Shown in pieces: positions 1 through 13,866 of a DNA stretch of 64,000 nucleotides. Every line of letters starts with the position of its first letter. Positions within the stretch are counted from its first letter, which is position 1. The position numbers were made by a program, and so were the translations under genes. Under the pieces are notes generated by a model, which saw only the letters and a list, made by a program, of their open reading frames with translations, did not search any database and was not told the DNA's origin. The DNA is from Octopus sinensis (Eukaryota), in contig NC_042998.1 of assembly GCF_006345805.1 (NCBI RefSeq), positions 193,688,001 through 193,752,000 of the forward strand, written 5' to 3'.

Positions 1-34
<34 letters not shown>
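1..34. repeat. (GATA)n microsatellite
   Basis: Perfect GATA run at the window start. Confidence 0.95.
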
Positions 35-35
<1 letters not shown>

Positions 36-1289
36 TAAGTATACTCGCTACTTTCTACTTGTTTTGTTCACAGCTGGAGTTTCCAGAATCTTCTGTGGGG
101 AGCTCTTAGGAAATAGTAGACAATCTCTATGATTTTTTTCGTGTTATACTTGCTTTTGTTCTTTTATGGTTTATACGCAGAAATCCCTAGATATCCCTAA
201 AATGGTTATGTACAACAGCGAGCTTCTTCAGTGTTGAGTTTATAGGGTTTCCTCTCAGCAGCTGCTACACGGCCCAGCTGGGACATTATTTTGTGGTCTT
301 GCACGGTCATAAGGTGTTAATGTCCATGATGAACCTACCGAAAGTTGTGCTGTCACTGACCATCTATTCATATTATGCCACGAAAGTAACTATGAACGAG
401 GGTTTGACGTCTTTGCTGATGCTTCTGACGATGACACTTGTATCATATTTCTTTGCGTCGAATATTGTGGGAATAGTGTATGAACAGATGTATCTCGGAT
501 AAATTGGCTTAGCACTTTAGCCATTACTTTTTAAATGGACATATTGGTCTATACAACCACCCTCAATGTGTCTGCCCGGATTGTCTCACACACTTCCTCG
601 GATCGAACAAGGAACCGCTCTCACGTCATGGCCATCGCAAAGCTCAGATAGTTTACTCTCCTTCTCACATGCTCCTCTCTGGTGGATGGTGGTAGACTGG
701 AGAGTGTCTTGTGAACAATTGCTATCAATTTTTAGTTGTTTGTTGTAAACTGTTTCATATTTTGGCTTCATTTGTAAGAACGCTTACAAATGATGGCGTC
801 TTTTTATTATTCGCCACGTTTTCGTTTGACGAAGTACGTGAATGTATACCGTTGTAGTTGTTGCCATTACTGTAGTTAAATGTGTTGTCTGTGACATTTT
901 TTTGTTGTTGAAATGTTAATATTTTTATCATTGTCTGCCATTTATTTGTATATTCATTAATATTTTTATTTTTTGCATATTTCAGTTGTTGTTTTACTTT
1001 GTTCTATAAAATTTTTCCTGGGGGCAGATTCTGAAAAAGAGACCATTTTCGCTTTAGAGTTAGACAGTGAAATAGAATGGAAATACTTTTAAAAGACCAA
1101 TCTTGTTACCTAACCCCGGTACGAGGTAGACAGTTTAAAGTGTTCGATACCTGTTCCTGATAGAAATAATAATCAAAAGGAAACAGTTTTGATTCTATAA
1201 TGCCGACATTAACCAGCGTAGATAATGGTCAATTTTGTCATGCCTTGATTAATACTTCACTGGTGCTAAAACTTTAGATCATTGCAGAA

Positions 1290-1600
1290 TCGGTACTTCG
1301 GGTCTACTCTATTTGTCGTCATATTGGCTTGGAGGTTCCGGGTCAATAAACTTGAACAGCTAAGATAAAGCCTTCGCTCCGTACCTTTAGCCCAGAGCTC
1401 TGTAACTACTGTTTGGGTGTGCTTCTGGTCAGCATTAACTTGTTTGCCACATATTTGTCATGCAAAGGTCTCTGCTCTCACCTATCAGCCAATTTTTCAT
1501 GCGTTTTTTTTTTCCTTGCTATTAATATCACCTTCTTTGAAACAACACTTTTAGCACTTCCCTCAGACTGTTCCGCCTGGATTTCGTGCATGGAGTCAAT
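1290..1600 (-). pseudogene. R4/Dong-type LINE ORF fragment
   Basis: Minus-strand translation KKTHEKLADR*EQRPLHDKYV...LQSSGLKVRSEGFILAVQ parallels KAFKQLADRWEQNPVYSKYV...LRSSRLKVESECFILAVQ in the 29089-29400 ORF. Confidence 0.8.
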
Positions 1601-1790
1601 AGCAATGCCGGACAAAATGCTTAGAGACATGTTGTCCTTCTTTACGTTCTGAGTTCGAATTCTGCCGTAGTCAACTTCGCTTTTCATCTTTTCGGGGTCG
1701 ACAAAATAAGTATCAGTTAAGTACTGGATCTATGTCAACGACTAACCCCATCTCTCAAAATGTCAGGCCTATAGTAGAGAGGATTATTTT
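1600..1790 (+). mobile_element. Degenerate SINE family A (dominant tRNA-derived SINE)
   Basis: Contains ttacgttctgagttcgaattc...ttttcatcttttcggggtcgac, matching the family A body. Confidence 0.75.
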
Positions 1791-1814
1791 TATCATGATT
1801 TTTTTTTTCAATAA

Positions 1815-1955
1815 TTTTGACAAAAGACCGACAATTATAGGGAAGAGAAATGTCGAATGCATCATCCCCGATATTTGACTAGTACTTTATTTTATCAATT
1901 CCCGAAGATTGTAAGGCAAAGTCGAACTCGGTGGGATTTGAATTCAGGACCTAAA
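1815..1955 (-). mobile_element. Degenerate SINE family A, old subfamily
   Basis: aaggcaaagtcgaactcggtgggatttgaattc is the reverse complement of the family A core. Confidence 0.65.
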
Positions 1956-4900
1956 CAGCTGTAAAGAACAAGAACGTTTTGAAAACTATCAAAATCTCAA
2001 TCTCCGTTAATATAGATGCTATGGAAATCGTGAATACATTCATGTACATATTCACCAACACACCTACTTATACACATCCGTATACAGAAACTGTAATCGC
2101 TAGGTATGGTATTTAAATTCTTTAACTATGATATGGGTTATAATAAAAACAGTAATATGTCTAAAAACATTATTCTTTTAAGGGTAGTAAATAGTATATT
2201 GAGGAACATAGTGAAGATCCGACCTAAAGGAAAATATTGAAACTTATATAAAAAATATTAGAACTCAAGAATATATGTGTATGATTTTTATAAATGTCAC
2301 AAGATTTTGAAAAGAATATGAGGACATGAACAGCAGAAGAAGAAATATTAGCAGCAGTACCAAATATATTTATATTTTTTATAACTGTAAGAGTAAAGAA
2401 TATAAACTACAACATTACTAAGAAATAAGTAAACCAAAACGATATCTTTGTAGATGTAATGTAAATAACAGGAGAGTACGTAAATGTGCGTGCATGTGTA
2501 TGTGCATATGTGAGAGTGTCATCTCGACCTTAGGACATTGCTCCAGAAAAGTGTGCTGTCCTCGTTTGTCCGACAGTGAACAGGCGAGATAATTGAAAGC
2601 TTTACAGAATGGGATACCAAGGTATATCAAATAAGTGGTGCTGCACTAAGCAAGGTCAGAAACTATGAACTAAGTACATAGGTTTTAAATACACCTAAAA
2701 CGATAAAGCTATTGATTATTAATTATCGTGCGATAGAAGCATTTGTTTCTTGTGTGTGTGTGTTTTATAAGTAATACAGTAATGAACTCCCTGCTATATA
2801 TTTATAGTGCGTCTGTACAGACATAATAATTCCAAAGTCTTGTAAAAACCTATAAATTTTAGTAACTGAATATTAAGAAGAGTTGTGTTCCATATACTTG
2901 CTGCACAAAGAACTGCCATGGAAATTCCAAGTCATATCATTAATAGTAGAAATTTCCGTTGCTGCGATGCATTCTTCCTATATCATTTACATGAGAGAGA
3001 AAAAGGTTAAATGTGTTTCTTTCTTGGTGCTAATCATATTTTGAGGTTGAATGTGGAATTTTTCAATTTGATTCTTTTTTATATATAATGGGAGAACTAT
3101 TTCCTTTAACCATTATGAAATTAATTCAATGACTTACTCTCGAAGAAATTAACTAGGCGATAGGGAAGATAATAGTTTCCAAAATCTCATAACCGTTATA
3201 AGATAACGGTTTTTCTAAACCACATAATTATTTCAAGATTTTGAAGAAAAGCAAAAATAAAAGTAAATTTTGATAAAAAAAATCTATTTATTTGCTCGAT
3301 TCTCAAAGGTAAAGTAATATTTGATCTAATCTTCAGCGGTAAGATATGAAAAAAAAATGAATGAATCAAATCTTTATTCGTTCTTTCAGAGAACTAAAAA
3401 AAAATGTTCTCTTCTAAATATTTCAGTGATTTAATGTCACTTTCTCTTTTGTCACCGATTGATATTCTAACACGGAAAATATCCAGAAATGTTCTTCCTG
3501 CTTGCTTCAAATACGAAGTCTCCGATAACCAATTTCTAAGCCACATGACATAAGTAGTGTAATTTGGTATAAACTGATAACAGGGTGTGTTTGATTTTCT
3601 GTCACAGCAACTACTTTATGGTTTTATTCTCTCGTTTCTCCGTTTATTTTTATAGTTTCTCATTGAAGATCGCTCCTCACCTGCCCTATTGATGAAAATA
3701 AAACTGACATTTATAGAACTTTACTTTTGAGAGATTCTGCTTAGACCAGCAAGTCGTGATGCATAAAGAAATGTATAAAATAAATCGACAATATCATGCA
3801 TAGAAGAGAAAGAGATCGACACAAAAGTGTCGATCTTCCTTTTTGAAATATTTTACTGGACTTTCCAGTACCTAACAGATTCAATATCAACTCCAGAATC
3901 GATCAACAAATCAAATTACCTGAATTGATATGTATTTAGAAAAATAAAATCTTACTTGTATTTCTTACCGACTCACCAGTTGAGATATGAGAAATCAAAT
4001 CGTTTGTTGCAAAATATTGAGTTGAGATTCGCCAAATACTTGATTCGATTTCAATAACTGAACATGGATTCAAAGCTGTCTTCCTTCAATAAAACGTGTG
4101 AACTATAATTCAGAGACACCATTACGTTGTCAGATTTAATAGTGAGAACATTATGTCCGGAGTTATCACCCGAAAAAAAATGAAAACGATATAAATCAGT
4201 GAATAATATCTTTTTACCACTATATAATTATTTCGAGCTAACTTTTAATGCTCCCTGCCTTAAATATGTTGCCACTAACTAATCACTACTTTTTATGTGG
4301 ATGTCTTTGAATTATTTACTCTTTATTTTGCTACACCAGCCAATGTAAAATCTTGTACATTTATTTGATGCGTTTCTTTCGCCTCTACTTTGGGAAATAC
4401 AATGAATGTTATGCTTTACTGATGAGGTCAAAAAGATATCGAAACATTTTCATAGTTTGGTCCTAAACTTGTCGGGAAAAAAACGAAAAGTAATATTATC
4501 AGTCATTAAATAATATAGTATTTTTCCTTACAACATCATAATTTTTAGATGCATCTTTCAGTACATACATTAGCATAAACTGAACTGTTATAAAATTATA
4601 TAAATTAATTCATTAATTCATATTTAGTCATTTTCAGCTCCCAAATTGTAGAATTTGGGGAAATATAAATGTGCATAAATTAATAATTAACTCATACAAT
4701 GAACACGTTTCATGAACACTTAAACACAAATAATATAGTTGAGTCACTATATAGACATCATGACATCAGTATTTGACAGGTGCTTATTTTTCCATGAAGG
4801 ACAAATAAAACTGGCTGCAGCATGTTTTGAACTCTGAAGAAACTAAACAAAGGAAAACCGCTCTACCAATTCTGCAAAAACAAAAAACACCCTTACAACA

Positions 4901-6006
4901 AGCTTGTATTTTATCAGCAATTCTACTGCCAGGGTATCTCCTACTTAGGTTGGTAGTGAGGCCCAGAGAAGTACTGATCTAAATCTGTCTACCATGTGCG
5001 ATTTTTAAAATGACTAGCACCTAGCTGGCAGGTTTATATTGTGGTGGATAGGTTTATCTAGATATAAATTACACTTTAGCGACATCAGCTTCAAGATAGG
5101 CCACGCAAACCTAATTTCATTTACTCAACAATATCATGCATAGAAGGATGACAACGGGGGAGTAACCAACGATGAATGATGCTAGAGAAACAATTAATAA
5201 TGTGAGTGCTAGCATAATGTAATGAACCACGAAATTTTAATGAAAATTACACTCAAAGCGAAGTGAAACAATCATTATCTTAATGAACTTGATCAAACTC
5301 ACTCCTCGCTACATTCTAATTCATTATCGGATAAAATCTCATATTGTTCAACTGCCTTATTGAAAACTAACTGTTTGTAATAGAGTGGACGCAGCTAAAG
5401 TCATCCCAGGGCCTTATGGGAGTGTTAAGTAAATATTGACAATTTTTTTTCTCAATATATTATTATCATCGCTACTACAGATGTTTTAAATCTCTCATTA
5501 TATTTACAAAAACTGTAAAAGTTGCGTATAAGAGTTCCAGATCAGCCGTAATTGAGGATACAAATGGTAAAAGCTGTTCTAACCGTAAATATCTTTTTTC
5601 ACATTCGTAATGCATTTGTAAATCGAGATCCATATACTTGCCACTATACTTCTATATCTGCGCACTCCCTGCCCCCACCCCCCAAAAACAGCCCCCAAAA
5701 CACATACGATCGTTTCAATACGTGAATATATTCGTAACACACACACCAGTTTTTCTTCGCTCTACCCTTCAAAGAACCGCATTTCATCCTGGCCCCCTAC
5801 CTCCTCGTTCGATTTTTCCTTCACCTGCTCTCCTCCTACTCGTCTCTTCTATAATCTTCTTCCCAGGGTGGACTGGCATCTAAAATCTTAACGCTCTTTC
5901 CCTTCCTTTTAAGCATTAGGCCAAAATAATATTTGTTAAAAGTTGTCCCTCCTGTGTTGTTTTCCATCAGTTTGCCTTCCTTTATTTCATAATGTAAGCA
6001 TATACA

Positions 6007-6040
<34 letters not shown>

Positions 6041-6587
6041 AACACTCACTATATACGTGTGTGTATGGTGTGTGTGTGTGTGTGTGTGTTATGTATGTGC
6101 ATATATTTTTTTAGAATCTTAAAAAACAAAACAAGATCGCAATATTTGAAAACAGAGCTAAATATTTTTATAAATATGATATCGAATCACAATCAATGAC
6201 AATACTCTGAGTTTTAAATAAACTGAAAACTGGGATTGAATTTAATGAAACCAATACAACAGTTGTTTTAAATCTTCAAGAATGGACTGGCGGTTCCACT
6301 TTTAAAGGAAATAATCTTATTTCCGATATGGGGCACCTCTGGAATTTTTTGGATTCCACTGACTCATTGTGAAGGAAGGTTGAAAGATAATAACTTCTGT
6401 GGGAAGCAAATTAAATTGTAACAGATGAGCAACAAGACAAAATTTGACAACAGATATTATAAATATTTTCCGAGCGATCTCCCAGAACAAATTCAAGGTA
6501 ACTTCCTTTACACGTGGTGGTTGTGCACCTGGAGTCTGATTTCGCTCAATTCAATACGAATTTTCACCTCCATTGTATCTGAAACTT

Positions 6588-6675
6588 GTAACATATTTTG
6601 GCTGTGATTCCATATTGTCATTATGACAGAGAGTAACGTATTTTGGTTGTGATTCCATATTGCAATTATGACAGA
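6588..6675. repeat. Tandem duplication, ~45 bp x2
   Basis: gtaacatattttggctgtgattccatattgtcattatgacaga is repeated with a few substitutions. Confidence 0.85.
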
Positions 6676-6980
6676 CAGATGCTAGCCATTCACTATTAGT
6701 ATCATTGCGATCAAATGAGTTCTAATTAGGAGCATGTCTTCTTCAAACATAAAGTTCTGATACGTTATCCAATGTGTCCACTTTTATCTTTTTATTTTTT
6801 GAGAGAAGGAGAGAGAAGGAGAGAAAGTATTCTAATTCGTTGGTTACTTCACCCTAGACATTTGTGCTTCGCTCACTACAATTTCGGCAAGCCCAAACGT
6901 CATTGATCAAGATTAATAATGGCGAAAGCTATCCAGAGTTGTATACTGTATTTTTCGAAATAACTTAATATACAATTTCT

Positions 6981-7233
6981 GCGTGGAAGGTGTTTATAAA
7001 TAAGTCCTTTAAAAACACACAAAAACCGTTAGATTCACTTCAGCATTTAAATTTAATTTGTTAAAATAATTTCGTCGTTTTGAAACCGCGACATGTTCAC
7101 TGACAAAATTTGCCACTTAACAGGTCGCGGTTTCAAAGCGACGAAAATATTTTAACAAATTTAATTTAAATGTTGAAGTGTATCTAACGGTTTTTTGTGT
7201 GTTTTTAAAGGGCTTATAAACACCCTTCCACGC
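6981..7233. repeat. Long inverted repeat (~115 bp arms), probably derived from a Penelope-like terminal repeat
   Basis: 6981-7097 is an imperfect reverse complement of 7119-7233. The arms carry a hammerhead-like motif. Confidence 0.85.
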
Positions 7234-7442
7234 TGCAATTGTTTTTGTTTCAGCACACGATCTCAGATCAATTCACTTGCTATGCAAGTACATCTCTGTA
7301 AATTAAACAATATATTCCATTGGCTAATATTGTCCTTTCTATAATTCTTTCTAGTTAACGTTCTTCATGATTCCTGCGCTAAAATATGTTAATATGTAAT
7401 TGTTATTACTATTTGCTCATATAGGTCTACTCACTTCAGACT

Positions 7443-7830
7443 ATGTATGTATGCATGTATGCATGTATGCATGCATGTATATATGTATGTATGTATGTAT
7501 GTATTATGTATGTATGTATGTATGTATGTATGTATGTATGTATGTATGTATGTATGTGCATGCATGTATGTATGTATGTATGTATGTATGTATGCAATCA
7601 TGTGTGTGTGTGTATGTATGTATGTATGTATGTATGTATGTATGTGTGTATGTATGTATGTGTGTGTGTATGTGTGTATGTATGTGTGTATGTATGTGTG
7701 TATGTATGTGTGTATGTATGTATGTATGTATGTATGTATGTATGTATGTATGTACGTATGTATGTATGTATGTTTGTATGTATATATGTACTACGTATGT
7801 ATGTATGCATGTATGCATGCACGCGTGTTG
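7443..7830. repeat. (TATG)n/(TG)n compound microsatellite
   Basis: Seen directly. It explains the MYVC-type ORFs. Confidence 0.95.
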
Positions 7831-8639
7831 TATTGATGGTTGAGATGGACTTCTTTTATTTTCCAACGTGGTTTTTCATGATTATTGTGTTTAGATTGTT
7901 TTTAGCTGTATTTCTTTTGTCAATATTTTTACTTTCCAAAATACTATTGTTATTGTAGTCTTTTGAAAAGCAGCTATATTTAGGGCAAGTGACTTCTTTA
8001 GCCAGTGGGGTTACTGATAAAGCAAAACAATTTCCAGAAAACAGCACATTATTATACGAGTGGCTATTGGCAATTGAAGATCGTTATGTTGTTTGTCACC
8101 GAAAAAATAAAAATGATTTCATTAAGAGATAAAAATGAAACATATGTAGTAAAGACAAATATAACATTGCTTATTAGCAGAGATGGCCTGACGTTGAATC
8201 TGTCAAGCTGTGTTCATTAGATCCCATCATGGAAAAACAGTGTGAGCGAGAAGCCAAATATGTACGTAAATTATGTGTATTATGCGCATGCGTGATATTT
8301 ATTATGCATACATTTCTATAAGCATAAATGTATATGTGTGATATCTATATGCACATACATACATACATACATACATAATACATACATGCGTACGTACGTT
8401 CGTACGTACATATACTTACATACATTCACAAAGCAATCTATGGTAGATATTCTGTATTTTCTTTATATGTTGTATTTGTGGTCAATTCTTCCCGTTCAGT
8501 CGAAACACGTGGAAAATGGTAGGCTGGATGACGTGCTGAGTTGCTATACGCTCTCAGCTTCTCGGTGATTAAAATATCTCGCTTAAATAAAGATTGTACT
8601 GCTTAGGGACGTGTCATCCTGCTGTATACATGCATCATA

Positions 8640-8651
8640 CATACATATATT

Positions 8652-8740
<89 letters not shown>

Positions 8741-8940
8741 AAATATACATATATATACACTATATATTATACTATAACATGTTGCATTTTATATATATAT
8801 ATAGATATATATATATATAATATATATATATATAATATATATATATATATATGTATGTATATGTATGTGTATATATATATTATACTATATTTTATAATAG
8901 ATAGCTAGAGAGAGAGAGTGAGAGAGAGAGAGATAGATAG
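8640..8940. repeat. (TA)n/(TG)n/(GA)n compound microsatellite
   Basis: Seen directly. Confidence 0.9.
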
Positions 8941-9009
8941 AGCTGAAAATAAATTTTTCGTATACATAAAGTTAATGTCCATCAGTTAATTAAATGACTT
9001 ACTAAAGGT

Positions 9010-9067
9010 ATAATAACAATGATAATAATAATAATAATAATTATTATTATTATTACTATTATTATTA

Positions 9068-9120
<53 letters not shown>

Positions 9121-9124
9121 TATT
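9010..9124. repeat. (AAT)n then (ATT)n microsatellite; tail or target of the adjacent LINE
   Basis: Seen directly, abutting the 3' end of the R4-type element. Confidence 0.9.
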
Positions 9125-9865
9125 GCCTTTGCACAGCTTCTAATTCTGGAGATGTACTACGGTGCCAGGTGTTCACTACCAGTGAACTAAGGTAACACCC
9201 CTTATTTTTCGAGCTCCATCCGGAGTATTCGAGCGGGTCCAAGAAGTGCTGTTTTCTGCAAGTGTTCCATCCTTATTGCAGCCCCTATTTGTTCCATGTA
9301 CTTCTCAAGATTTTTACTCACTGTTCCCAGGCCTCCAACAATTATTGGTACTACCACCACCTTTTTCATCGACTACAACTGCTTAACCTCCCAAGCTAAC
9401 CTGTGATAACTAACGACTTTTCTTTCATTCTTTTAGCATACCTTGTTGTCAGCTGGGCATGTTGTGTCTATGATCCAGCATTGTTTGCTTTCTTTTGCAA
9501 ATAACACCATATTTGGTTTCCTCTTCTCTATCTCTTGGTCACACTGAATCATAAAATCCCATACGATCTTTGCATCATTATTATTATTTATTGTCTCGCA
9601 CTAATTCTGGAGATGTACTACGATGATGCACTTGGGTTTATGTTCGTTCCATTTTTTGGGGGCCTGTCAAGTCCTTACTTGTTTCAAAGTGTCCAGTGGA
9701 CAATCCTTGCTATATTGTCGTGATGTCTTATATTTCTCTTATATTTCTAGGCTAGTGGCGTACATTAACTGGCAATATGACATATGGTTTCACCATTTTG
9801 TCCCAAAATTCTGCACTTATCACTTCCTGATGTGTTGTTTATTCTGTATTCTTATGTAATTGGTG
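9125..9865 (-). mobile_element. 5'-truncated R4/Dong-type LINE (zinc knuckle, RLE endonuclease, 3' UTR), decayed
   Basis: Near-paralog of 9959-10640 with the same 3' end (gcctttgcacagcttctaa on +). Encodes RHDNIARIVHWTL and IVWDFMIQCDQEIE.RKPN motifs. Confidence 0.85.
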
Positions 9866-9901
9866 TTATTATTATTATTATCATCATCATTATTATTATT
9901 A

Positions 9902-9958
<57 letters not shown>

Positions 9959-9959
<1 letters not shown>

Positions 9960-11835
9960 GCCTTTGCACAGCTTCTAACGCTGGAGATGTACTACGGTGT
10001 CAGCTGTTCACTACCAGTGAACTAAGGTAGAACCTCTTATTTTTCGAGCACCTTCCGTAGTATTGGAGAGGGTCCAAGCAATGCTGTTTTCTGCAAGTGC
10101 ACCACCCTTATTGCAGCTCCTATTTGTTCCATGTACTTCTCGAAATTTTTACTCACTGTTCCCAGGTCTCCGACAATTATTGGTACTACCACCACCTTTT
10201 TCAGCGACCACAATTACTTAACCTCCCAAGCAAACCTGTCATACCTATCGACTTTTCTTTCTTCCTTTCCGCACACCTTGTTGCCAGATGGGCATATTAT
10301 GTCTATGATCCAGCATAGTTTGGTTTCTTTCTCAGTTAACACTATGTATTGCTTCCTATACTCTATCTCATAGTCGCACTGAATCATAAAATCCCACAGG
10401 ATCTTTTCATTATCATTTTCGATGATGTCTTCGTGTTTGTGGTCGTACCAATTTTTTCCTCTGTCAACTCCATACTTGTTGCAAAGTGTCCAATGGACAA
10501 GTCTTACTATATTGTCTGTTATATTCCTTTTGGGATAGTGGCGGACATTGGCTGGTAACATGCCATACGGTTTCACCATTTTGTCCACAGATACTGCACT
10601 TATCACTTTCTGTCTATTCTGTGTTGTCTATTCTGTATTTTATGTAGTTTGTTCTTAGCGCTTGCTCTTGGCAGCACAGACTAGAGCCTCCGTTTCCGGT
10701 TTTAAATCACTTTTAGTCATCCACAGCCCTCTTTTTTCTCTGTCTGTCTTATCTTCAACATCCCTATGAAACTATCCATGCATTCTTTTCTTTCCCCATC
10801 TATTTTCAGTTTCAATCGTTTTCAATTGCGTGTACATTGCTTTATCTTTGCAATCTTTCATCTTACACAAGCCTGGCCTTCTTACATCTAATAATAGCGG
10901 TTAAATAGCATTGTTACGTACCATTATATGTTGTTTTCTTCTGCTCTGATGCTGTGCCCGCATCCAATAAGTCCTTTTCTCCCTCTTTTCCTTGGTATAT
11001 ATAGTCTTCTGTGTCACTTTTGGGGTGGAGCAACTTCCTTGTCTTTCTAAGTTGTTTAGTTTATCTACTGTCCATGCGATTACCCCTGCTCCATATTTAA
11101 ATAGTGAAACCGCCTAGGTGTCGATAGCTTCAGTCTTATTCCATCCATTTAATTTTGACTTAAAGATCAGTCTTAGTCTGCGCAAGTACTCCACCTTAAA
11201 TTTTTCTGTCATTTCTTTCTCCATCAATTTATCCATTTTCAAAATCCCCAAGTACTTGTAACCCGTGTCTTCTATCTGCTTCATAACCTCTCCCGACAGT
11301 ATCGTTAGCCCGTCCATACATTTGATTTTGTCTCTCTTCAAGACTAACGCACCACACTTTCTCAGTTCGAAATCCATTCTGATATCAGCAATGAATGTAT
11401 ACACCGTATCAACGAGGGAACTGACTTGGGTTTCATCTTTACCATAAAATTTGAGGTCATCCATGAATAACAAGTGGATGACTTTTTGCTGGCGGTTTCG
11501 AATACATACCCAGCTTTTGCTTTCCTCAGTATCAATGTTAGTGGTATCAAGCACAGTAGAAAGATCAATGGGGACAGGAAGTCCCCTTGGAAGATGCCTC
11601 TCCTGATTTCTGCTGTTAGGTGTGTCCCCCAATTTGCCATAATTTTCCCAAGCAATCGCTCAACATTCGAAGCAATATCAAATATGTTCATACATTCCAT
11701 TATCCAAGAGTATAAGATTATATCGTACGCCTTACGATATTCGATCCATGACATGGCTAAGTTACTTTTCCTCCTCTTGCAGTCTCTAAGTACAGTTTTG
11801 TCTATCAAGAGTTGATCCTTGGTACCTCTGCACTT
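9959..11835 (-). mobile_element. 5'-truncated R4/Dong-type LINE (RT and RLE endonuclease), frameshifted
   Basis: RT motifs [33 protein letters not shown] and YKYLG. C-terminal VHWTLC, KILWDFMIQCD and IIDIICP...KEERKVDRY are typical of the R4 clade. The 3' end lies in (TAA)n at 9866-9958. Confidence 0.92.
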
Positions 11836-12390
11836 GACCCAGAAAGACATGGGACAAGGTGGTGAAGCATGATCTTCAAACTTTGGGCTTCACAGAGGCA
11901 ATGACTAGTGACCAAGACCTTTCGCATTATACTGTGCTTGAGAAGACCCGTCAAGCCAAGTAGTCGTGGCCGATGCTGGTGTCACGTAACTGACACGTAA
12001 AAAGCACCTTTCGAGCGTTGGGCCTCACGGAGGCAAAGTGGCCGATCCCAGTGGCATGTAGAAAAGCTCCTTTCGAGTGTTGAGCTTCACAGAGGCAATG
12101 ACGAATGCTCGAACCCGTTAACATTATGTCTTGCTTGAGAAAAAGACCCATCAAGCCAAGTAAAATCGCAGTCGGGACAGATACTGGTGTCATGCAAATG
12201 GCACCCGTGCCGGTGGCGCGTAAAAGTGCCCATTACACTCTCGGAGTGGTTGGCGTTAGGAAGGGTATCCAGTCGTAGAAACTGAATCTGGAGTCTGGTG
12301 CAGCCTTCCAGCGTTGGTCAAACCGTCCAGCCCGTGCCAGCATGAACGTTAAATGATTATGATGATGCTGAGGATGATTATTATTAATGA
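11836..12390 (+). mobile_element. 3' end of an RTE-clade LINE (ORF C-terminus, 3' UTR, (GAT)n tail)
   Basis: Translates as [25 protein letters not shown]...LEKTRQAK*, the usual RTE C-terminus. It ends aacgttaaatgattatgatgatg. Confidence 0.75.
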
Positions 12391-12557
12391 TATCACATAT
12401 GTAATATATGTTTGTTTTGAAACGCTTTTAGGATGCTGTATTTCAATATACAAAGTGCGAAGCTCAAGGACACAAGACCCTACCCTTTACTGAAATAGAA
12501 CCAATGACATTATGACTGTGAGATCAACGCCCTAACCACTGTGACACGTGCCCTAAT

Positions 12558-12952
<395 letters not shown>

Positions 12953-12962
12953 CACGCACATG

Positions 12963-13200
12963 AGGCGGCGAGCTGGCAGAAACGTTAGCACGCCGGGCGA
13001 AATGCTTAGCGGTATTTCGTCTGCGTTACGTTCTGAGTTCAAATTCCACCGAGGTCGACTTTGCCTTTCATCCTTTCGGGGTCGATAAATTAAGTACCAG
13101 TTTCGCACTGGGTCGATGTAATCGACTTAATCCCTTTGTCTGTCCTTGCCTGTCCTTGCTTGTCCTCTCCGTGTTTAGCCCCTTGTGGGTAGTAAAGAAA
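12963..13200 (+). mobile_element. SINE family A, full-length monomer
   Basis: Head ggcggcgagctggcagaaacgttagc, B-box-like gagttcaaattcc, core gcctttcatcctttcggggtcgataaattaagtaccag (resembles the Meta-type SINE domain, from recall) and tail gtaaagaaa. Flanked by repeated tatatatacacgcaca. Confidence 0.92.
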
Positions 13201-13866
13201 TATATATACACGCACACACACACACACACACACACTGCAAATTTCTGCATAGTTTCCATCGGTCATATTCTGCTCACACAAGGTGTGAAGCAAATTACTT
13301 CACTGCTCTCATTTGGTACTATAATAGGTTTTTCACTTTTCTACTTCTATGCTTTCTCCTCTTCTCTCCCTCCTTCTCCTGCCTTTTATTCCTCTTTCTT
13401 ATGCCTTCCGCTCTTATACTGAACGCTCAACAAGCTTTGAATTAAAAGAACAAAAAGAGAATTCATACAAGAAGGTAAGTGTGAGAAACAAAGAGACAGA
13501 AACATAAGGGGAAACAAAAAAAATTAATCCAGTCTATCAGAACAATTGAACAATTGATGTTAACAGATACAATGCTGTCAGTATCCAAGTCGTAAATCTA
13601 TGAGGAAAGATTTAATACCTTTTATTATTCCATAATGTGAATAAATATTAGTATAGCACTGTAGATATTTTTAGAGCTGCAATGATTCTATTGCATTGTT
13701 GTACAGAATGGAGGCAAGACACACTATGAATGTTTTAGTTCCATTCTTAGAACAAAAGTAATTTCCAAACAAGTATGACTTGTAAATAATGTATATTAAA
13801 GCGACCGAGTATTTGACTAATGGTAATTTAATCGACATCGGGAAGGTGAAAGTTAAATTCGATGCC

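Noticed and set aside
150-830. ORFs 293..502 and 586..771 in moderately GC-rich DNA
   Set aside because: No recognisable motif in the frames I translated. It may be an old element, but I cannot support a call.
3977-4170. Possible minus-strand exon ending at a GTGAGT donor
   Set aside because: The acceptor reads CGG rather than CAG, the best frame has a stop, and the peptide is unrecognised.
4419-4455. CTGATGA...GAAAC as a functional hammerhead
   Set aside because: The core and a weak stem II are present, but stems I and III cannot be drawn convincingly.
7400-7958. Long MYVC/HTYI ORFs here and at 12.5, 21.8, 45.6-47.9, 49-50.2, 54 and 62 kb
   Set aside because: They are translations of stop-free microsatellites.
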